From Eledone cirrhosa (Eukaryota): 64,000 nt of DNA. Position numbers and translations under genes: made by a program. The first letter of the stretch is position 1, and every line of letters starts with the position of its first letter. Below are positions 57,695 to 64,000 of this stretch, one piece after another. The DNA lies in the NCBI GenBank assembly GCA_964016885.1, contig OZ024744.1, forward strand, positions 71,920,001-71,984,000, in the 5' to 3' direction. The notes beneath the pieces were generated by a model. That model saw only the letters and a list, made by a program, of their open reading frames with translations, did no database searches and was not told the DNA's origin.

Positions 57695-60600
57695 TTATAC
57701 TTCTCTTAGGTCAGTGTTGTTTGTTTGGGTGTTGTTGTTGTTCCACTCATTCTTTCTGTTTAGCTTTGGTCTTCTAATTTCTATTTCACTGGCCTCTCTG
57801 ATTTGCCTATCTGCTGGGTCATTCCTATGTTTAGATATTATTCTAATTTCTATGTTGTCTATGTTACCGTCATGTTGTTGTCTAGCATGTTCGTATAGTA
57901 CTGACCCGTTTTTTCGTCCTTTTAGTTCCCCCCAGTGTTGGTCTATCCTTTCACCTATGCTACGATCTGTCTCACCTATGTATGTTGTTGTCGTGTTTCT
58001 GCAAGTACCCTCTGTACATCTTATGCTATAGACTACGTTTCTAGTTTTACAGTTTATCCGGGGGTTCACCTTACATATGATACATTTCCTATTGGTACAG
58101 TGGGTTTTCTTAAAAGGGTAGGTTTTGCTGATCAGGGATTTTATGGTGGTTCCTGGCTTTTCTACCACCTTTATTTTTAAGTGGGTCTTTCTCAGGGCCT
58201 TTCTACACTGGTTAGCTAATTTCCCTCCAGGGGTGGCGTCCACAAACATGACACTCTGATATCTCTGGTTGTCGTACCATGATGTGGCCTTCCCTATCTT
58301 ATGTCTAGCCCTATCTAAGCTATTCCATGATTTGCTCCTGTATAGTGGGCAAATTCCTTTCATGTCCAGTTCTATGAGGGTCTTATACTTTTCCATGGCT
58401 CCTTCGTATACTCTGACTCTGTCTCTTTGGTTGTAGCCAGAGAACTGCATGCGGTTGATGAAGTGTTGGATGTGTCCTTCCATTTCTGTTGGGTCGCACA
58501 TGCTGGACACATTCTTCATCACTCGTACCAAATCTGCGATCAGAATATTAAACTTAGCACTACTGGACATTGCTGAGTTTTTGAGTATCAGGTATTTGGA
58601 GGCCATGGGTTTAGCATAGTGTGAGTGGAGAATTTGGGCTCTCTCGTCTATAGTGTTAATCCAGAGTTCTGTGTCTAATACAGGTAGTCTATTGTTAGGG
58701 TGTTTGGAAGGGAAGTCTATAGTTACAGTTATACTCTGGTGTATGGAATTAGCTATCTGCTGGATGCTTTCCATCGTGCTACGTTCTAAATCAAACTTGT
58801 TAGTGCTCTCTAGTGGGGGTGTTCTTATAACTATATTGATATCGTCTACATAACGAGAGTACATGATGAGGTCTATGGAGCTTTCATTAAGGAGATCTTT
58901 AAGTCTCCTTTCCCACCATACCATGAAAAGGTTGGCAACATCACCAGCTATGCTGACGCCGATGGCTGCTCCCTCATTTTGGGTGTAGATTTTCTCATTG
59001 AACTTAAATATGTGGCCCTTTAGGGTAGTTTTGATACTAGCCCCTATTGCATGTGCGACCATTTTTCTTACCTGATCAGTGTTTTGGGGGGTCCGTATAG
59101 CTTTGGTCCACCCAATCCACCTTCCTATGGGAGTCTTTTTAGCCATTGAGGTTATGGTGGGGGGTCTACCTCTTATAGGTCTACTAGGGCAGAAACATCT
59201 AAGGTCATGGCTGTCTAGGTAGTCAGTGTCGTAGGTAAGTCTAAGTAGGAGGCCCAGTTCGTCTGTGTCGACGTCGCAGAACTCCACCTCACTCTCAATG
59301 ATCATCTCCACACATCTTTTCACAGCAAAATCAATGTTAATGGATGGGTACAGTGACACCACATCCATGCTGCCTATTATGCAGTTGGATAGGTTCCTGT
59401 TTTTGTTGCACTCACTGATTCTGCTGAGGAGGTCCTCTGTACTTTCACATACATCTGGGGACATCTTGATTATGGGGCGTATAACCATTGAGAGGAAGTA
59501 GGAGATCCTGTAGTTGCTAGCTATATTAGCTCCGCATACGGGTCTTGTTGGTGGTCCTGTTGTCGGGTCGTCGACTGTCTTGTGGTCTTTGCGGAGCCCA
59601 TACAAGGGTGGTATGCCATTGTTAGACGCCTGGAAGTTGTTGGCAGTGCGTCTGCTTGGCTTTAGGATGTCAGTCCACATCATCATGTGAGCGTTGAGGA
59701 TTTTTTCTCTCCCATCGTGTGTTAGTTGTGCAACTTCGCTCGTGTTGGTGATGTGGGGTTGCATTGCCTCGATGTAGTTCGGCATGATATCTATTGACAT
59801 CCTACCGGACTTATCTGTGGGTAGACACACTACCTCACCATCCCTTGTGCGCTGCTTGAGGCTAACCAAGCCTTCTACAGGTTTTATCCCAAGTTGTTGG
59901 GCCTCTGGTCTGCTCTGTCTCATAGTGTACCTGTCTACTACTTGTCTAATCTTATTTCTAGCTATGGTGAACTGTGCCTCCGTCTCGTCATCTATTTGCT
60001 GTGGTATGCAAACTCTTTTATTAAAGGGTAACCTCGTAGGATAGATATTACCCATCTTATATGTTTTGTCAGCTGGGTTGAAAAATAGTTTCTCTAAGGG
60101 GTTGTCGTTATTTCTATCGTCATAGTTGTGTGTGTTGCTATTATTGTTATCATGGTGGTTGTTGTTGTTTCTATCATTAGCATTAATATTATTATTGTTA
60201 TGATTGCTAGATGTATTGTTGTTTACTTCACCGTTATTGTTGTTGTTGTTACTGCTATTTCTACCATTGTGGTTGTTACTATTATTATGTTTCTTGTTTT
60301 TGTTGATGTTGCTACATGTACTATTTCCATTATTACCACTGTGGTTATTGTTGTTGTTGTTGTTCGTATTGTTACCGTTATTACTACTGTGGTCACTGTT
60401 GCTGTGTCTGTGGTTAACGTTTCTATTATTATTATTATTGTGGTTGTTGTTGTTCTGTCTATCGCTAGTATTATTACCATTATCACTATTTCTCACTTTC
60501 CTGCCATTGTTATGGTTATGGCTGTTATTTCTATACCCAGAGTTATTGTTTATATTACTACTACCGTTATTATTGTTGTTGTTGTTTACCTTTGCATTCC

Positions 60601-61327
60601 AACGTATTTTTGTGAAACACTTTTCCAGCTCCGTTTTGCATTCCATAGGGTTAATCTTTTTGTAGATGGCAAATTTTGGTGGTAACTTTAGGATTTGTTG
60701 TTCTTGTTCACTGATTAAAGTGTTCCCATAGATATTTACTGTGTGGTCATTGGTAAATTCTTCCGGTAGTTTTACATCACTCATACGGATGTTGTCGATG
60801 TTATCTGGGTATTTTTGAGAATATTCGATTTTCCTTTCTTGTAGTTTTTTCTTATTCATCCATTCTAATTTCTTCTTGAAATGCCTACAGCATTCGTTTT
60901 GAGCATATTTCGTTTCGCGTCGGATGACGCTCATGAAGTCATCTCTCTCGTTTGCTGTGATGAGATTTCGGATTTCCTTACCGTTGATGCGTTTTTGTCT
61001 GTAGAGTGCGTTGACTTTTGTGTATGTTGTTCTTTTCATATTAACTGTTATTGTGTGTTTTAGCCGTTCAGCTTGTGTTTTGTTCAATAATAAATTATTT
61101 ACTTGTTTTAATATGTTTGTTGTGTATGTTTTGGAGGAAACACAGTGTTTTAAGAAGCGGATTTGTTCTGTTGTTATTGTAGTTTTTATATAACAGAAAA
61201 CAGTGTCTTTCAATAACCTTTCAGCTTGGCACAAGCTAATGCCATAGCGGCGATGAATTAGTTTTGCGAGGTTTTTTATATGAAATCGTGTGTCGAAACA
61301 GATATTGTTATATTTGGGGAGGGTCAT
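57695..61327 (-). CDS. Penelope-like RT + GIY-YIG endonuclease polyprotein, intact, 1210 aa
   Basis: TDKSG, LYGLRKDHK, TRPV, MDVVSLYPSI, GAAIG, RYVDD, LPVLD, Cys-rich linker, VVYSIRC...YIGETDRS..ER..QH, REA..I..P.LN; Asn-rich insert in the N-terminal region. Confidence 0.95.
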   Translation of the reverse strand: MTLPKYNNICFDTRFHIKNLAKLIHRRYGISLCQAERLLKDTVFCYIKTTITTEQIRFLKHCVSSKTYTTNILKQVNNLLLNKTQAERLKHTITVNMKRTTYTKVNALYRQKRINGKEIRNLITANERDDFMSVIRRETKYAQNECCRHFKKKLEWMNKKKLQERKIEYSQKYPDNIDNIRMSDVKLPEEFTNDHTVNIYGNTLISEQEQQILKLPPKFAIYKKINPMECKTELEKCFTKIRWNAKVNNNNNNNGSSNINNNSGYRNNSHNHNNGRKVRNSDNGNNTSDRQNNNNHNNNNNRNVNHRHSNSDHSSNNGNNTNNNNNNNHSGNNGNSTCSNINKNKKHNNSNNHNGRNSSNNNNNNGEVNNNTSSNHNNNNINANDRNNNNHHDNNNSNTHNYDDRNNDNPLEKLFFNPADKTYKMGNIYPTRLPFNKRVCIPQQIDDETEAQFTIARNKIRQVVDRYTMRQSRPEAQQLGIKPVEGLVSLKQRTRDGEVVCLPTDKSGRMSIDIMPNYIEAMQPHITNTSEVAQLTHDGREKILNAHMMMWTDILKPSRRTANNFQASNNGIPPLYGLRKDHKTVDDPTTGPPTRPVCGANIASNYRISYFLSMVIRPIIKMSPDVCESTEDLLSRISECNKNRNLSNCIIGSMDVVSLYPSINIDFAVKRCVEMIIESEVEFCDVDTDELGLLLRLTYDTDYLDSHDLRCFCPSRPIRGRPPTITSMAKKTPIGRWIGWTKAIRTPQNTDQVRKMVAHAIGASIKTTLKGHIFKFNEKIYTQNEGAAIGVSIAGDVANLFMVWWERRLKDLLNESSIDLIMYSRYVDDINIVIRTPPLESTNKFDLERSTMESIQQIANSIHQSITVTIDFPSKHPNNRLPVLDTELWINTIDERAQILHSHYAKPMASKYLILKNSAMSSSAKFNILIADLVRVMKNVSSMCDPTEMEGHIQHFINRMQFSGYNQRDRVRVYEGAMEKYKTLIELDMKGICPLYRSKSWNSLDRARHKIGKATSWYDNQRYQSVMFVDATPGGKLANQCRKALRKTHLKIKVVEKPGTTIKSLISKTYPFKKTHCTNRKCIICKVNPRINCKTRNVVYSIRCTEGTCRNTTTTYIGETDRSIGERIDQHWGELKGRKNGSVLYEHARQQHDGNIDNIEIRIISKHRNDPADRQIREASEIEIRRPKLNRKNEWNNNNTQTNNTDLREV

Positions 61328-61522
61328 ATTTGCGTAATATTGCCAGAATTAATAACAGAACACACTCACTGTTTGGTTGGTTTTCGCTTCTCGCTGTCTT
61401 TTATATATATATATCTGCGATCTAACTTACTCGGTCCTCAATGTTGCCATTGACTGACCGGCGGTCAAAAATAATACAGATACAATATAGACAAACACAT
61501 ATATATATAGTTTACATAATTT

Positions 61523-61565
61523 ACATAAATCTTTCGTTGCACATCTGCAACATCGTCAGTGGTGT
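61523..61565 (-). ncRNA. pLTR hammerhead motif (upstream copy)
   Basis: Identical to 57386-57428. Confidence 0.65.
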
Positions 61566-62315
61566 TATATTCATTGTTCCTCCTGTTGTGTTGTATGTCT
61601 ACGCCATTTTTTTTGTTCAGTCTGTCTATATATTTATTTATTTATTTGCTTGTTTGTTTATCTTATTTTATTTTGTCTTCTTTGCGCATGCGTTTGCGTG
61701 TGTGTATAGTGTTATGTGTGATGTGTGACTAGTGTGTATAGTGTTGTGTCTGCTGGGTGACTAGTGTGTGTTTATGTGCTTGTGTATGTATTTATTTATC
61801 TTATTTTATTTTATTTAATTTACTTATTTATTTATACTTCTCTTAGGTCAGTGTTGTTTGTTTGGGTGTTGTTGTTGTTCCACTCATTCTTTCTGTTTAG
61901 CTTTGGTCTTCTAATTTCTATTTCACTGGCCTCTCTGATTTGCCTATCTGCTGGGTCATTCCTATGTTTAGATATTATTCTAATTTCTATGTTGTCTATG
62001 TTACCGTCATGTTGTTGTCTAGCATGTTCGTATAGTACTGACCCGTTTTTTCGTCCTTTTAGTTCCCCCCAGTGTTGGTCTATCCTTTCACCTATGCTAC
62101 GATCTGTCTCACCTATGTATGTTGTTGTCGTGTTTCTGCAAGTACCCTCTGTACATCTTATGCTATAGACTACGTTTCTAGTTTTACAGTTTATCCGGGG
62201 GTTCACCTTACATATGATACATTTCCTATTGGTACAGTGGGTTTTCTTAAAAGGGTAGGTTTGGCTGATCAGAGATTTTATGGTGGTTCCTGGCTTTTCT
62301 ACCACCTTTATTTAT

Positions 62316-64000
62316 AAAAACGGGTCAGTACTATACGAACATGCTAGACAACAACATGGCGGTAACATAGACAACATAGAAATTAGAATAATATCTAAAC
62401 ATAGGAATGACCCAGCAGATAGGCAAATCAGAGAGGCCAGTGAAATAGAAATTAGAAGACCAAAGCTAAACAGAAAGAATGAGTGGAACAACAACAACAC
62501 CCAAACAAACAACACTGACCTAAGAGAAGTATAAATAAATAAGTAAATTAAATAAAATAAAATAAGATAAATAAATACATACACAAGCACATAAACACAC
62601 ACTAGTCACCCAGCAGACACAACACTATACACACTAGTCACACATCACACATAACACTAAACACACACGCAAACGCATGCGCAAAGAAGACAAAATAAAA
62701 TAAGATAAACAAACAAGCAAATAAATAAATAAATATATATACAGACTGAACAAAAAAAATGGCGTAGACATACAACACAACAGGAGGAACAATGAATATA
62801 ACACCACTGACGATGTTGCAGATGTGCAACGAAAGATTTATGTAAATTATGTAAACTATATATATATGTGTTTGTCTATATTGTATCTGTATTATTTTTG
62901 ACCGCCGGTCAGTCAATGGCAACATTGAGGACCGAGTAAGTTAGATCGCAGATATATATATATAAAAGACAGCGAGAAGCGAAAACCAACCAAACAGTGA
63001 GTGTGTTCTGTTATTAATTCTGGCAATATTACGCAAATATGACCCTCCCCAAATATAACAATATCTGTTTCGACACACGATTTCATATAAAAAACCTCGC
63101 AAAACTAATTCATCGCCGCTATGGCATTAGCTTGTGCCAAGCTGAAAGGTTATTGAAAGACACTGTTTTCTGTTATATAAAAACTACAATAACAACAGAA
63201 CAAATCCGCTTCTTAAAACACTGTGTTTCCTCCAAAACATACACAACAAACATATCAAAACAAGTAAATAATTTATTATTGAACAAAACACAAGCTGAAC
63301 GGCTAAAACACACAATAACAGTTAATATGAAAAGAACAACATACACAAAAGTCAACGCACTCTACAGACAAAAACGCATCAACGGTAAGGAAATCCGAAA
63401 TCTCATCACAGCAAACGAGAGAGATGACTTCATGAGCGTCATCCGACGCGAAACGAAATATGCTCAAAACGAATGCTGTAGGCATTTCAAGAAGAAATTA
63501 GAATGGATGAATAAGAAAAAACTACAAGAAAGGAAAATCGAATATTCTCAAAAATACCCAGATAACATCGACAACATCCGTATGAGTGATGTAAAACTAC
63601 CGGAAGAATTTACCAATGACCACACAGTAAATATCTATGGGAACACTTTAATCAGTGAACAAGAACAACAAATCCTAAAGTTACCACCAAAATTTGCCAT
63701 CTACAAAAAGATTAACCCTATGGAATGCAAAACGGAGCTGGAAAAGTGTTTCACAAAAATACGTTGGAATGCAAAGGTAAACAACAACAACAATAATAAC
63801 GGTAGTAGTAATATAAACAATAACTCTGGGTATAGAAATAACAGCCATAACCATAACAATGGCAGGAAAGTGAGAAATAGTGATAATGGTAATAATACTA
63901 GCGATAGACAGAACAACAACAACCACAATAATAATAATAATAGAAACGTTAACCACAGACACAGCAACAGTGACCACAGTAGTAATAACGGTAACAATAC
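62316..64000 (+). mobile_element. Inverted second copy of the same PLE (runs off window end)
   Basis: Reverse complement of about 60367-62051; hammerhead at 62801-62843. Confidence 0.93.
63039..64000 (+). CDS. 5' part of a second PLE polyprotein (MTLPKYNNICF...), open to the window end
   Basis: ATG at 63039; sequence mirrors 61327 downward. Not in the ORF track because there is no stop before the end. Confidence 0.88.
   Translation, partial: MTLPKYNNICFDTRFHIKNLAKLIHRRYGISLCQAERLLKDTVFCYIKTTITTEQIRFLKHCVSSKTYTTNISKQVNNLLLNKTQAERLKHTITVNMKRTTYTKVNALYRQKRINGKEIRNLITANERDDFMSVIRRETKYAQNECCRHFKKKLEWMNKKKLQERKIEYSQKYPDNIDNIRMSDVKLPEEFTNDHTVNIYGNTLISEQEQQILKLPPKFAIYKKINPMECKTELEKCFTKIRWNAKVNNNNNNNGSSNINNNSGYRNNSHNHNNGRKVRNSDNGNNTSDRQNNNNHNNNNNRNVNHRHSNSDHSSNNGNN

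Larger units (their letters stand above)
57124..62313 (-). mobile_element. Intact Penelope-like element with ~1.05-kb pseudo-LTRs (57124-58176 and 61261-62313; period 4137 bp)
   Basis: Near-identical direct repeats flank and overlap the 1210-aa ORF; the 3' end abuts (TA)n at 57086-57123. Confidence 0.95.

Overview
This is eukaryotic, AT-rich, microsatellite-laden DNA with no recognisable host protein-coding gene. The dispersed tRNA-derived SINE resembles octopus/cephalopod SINEs; the organism call is inference. The window is almost entirely mobile elements. (1) 1-19.6 kb: a head-to-tail stack of five copies of one L1/Tx1-clade LINE, three full-length (about 6.03 kb) and two with intact 1139-aa ORF2. 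Every junction lies in an (AAT)n tract, and an R4/Dong-like LINE shares the last tract. (2) 22.7-33 kb: a CRE-like relic, a Buster-type hAT transposon with TIRs and TSD carrying a ~44-copy 34-bp minisatellite, SINEs and further LINE relics. (3) 35-64 kb: a (TA)n-rich zone with autonomous Penelope-like elements (PLEs): an intact 1210-aa RT + GIY-YIG element with pLTR and an inverted copy, a related fragment, and a Naiad-like element. The same zone holds many small non-coding inserts, most carrying a type I hammerhead ribozyme motif found by eye. At least three of these families occur as circularly permuted, more-than-unit-length monomers (~310, ~590 and ~675 nt), as expected for retrozyme-like circular RNAs. 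Two families use a U3-A8 covariant catalytic core, and one insertion ends at its own predicted self-cleavage site. All structures were read manually; no folding or database search was run.
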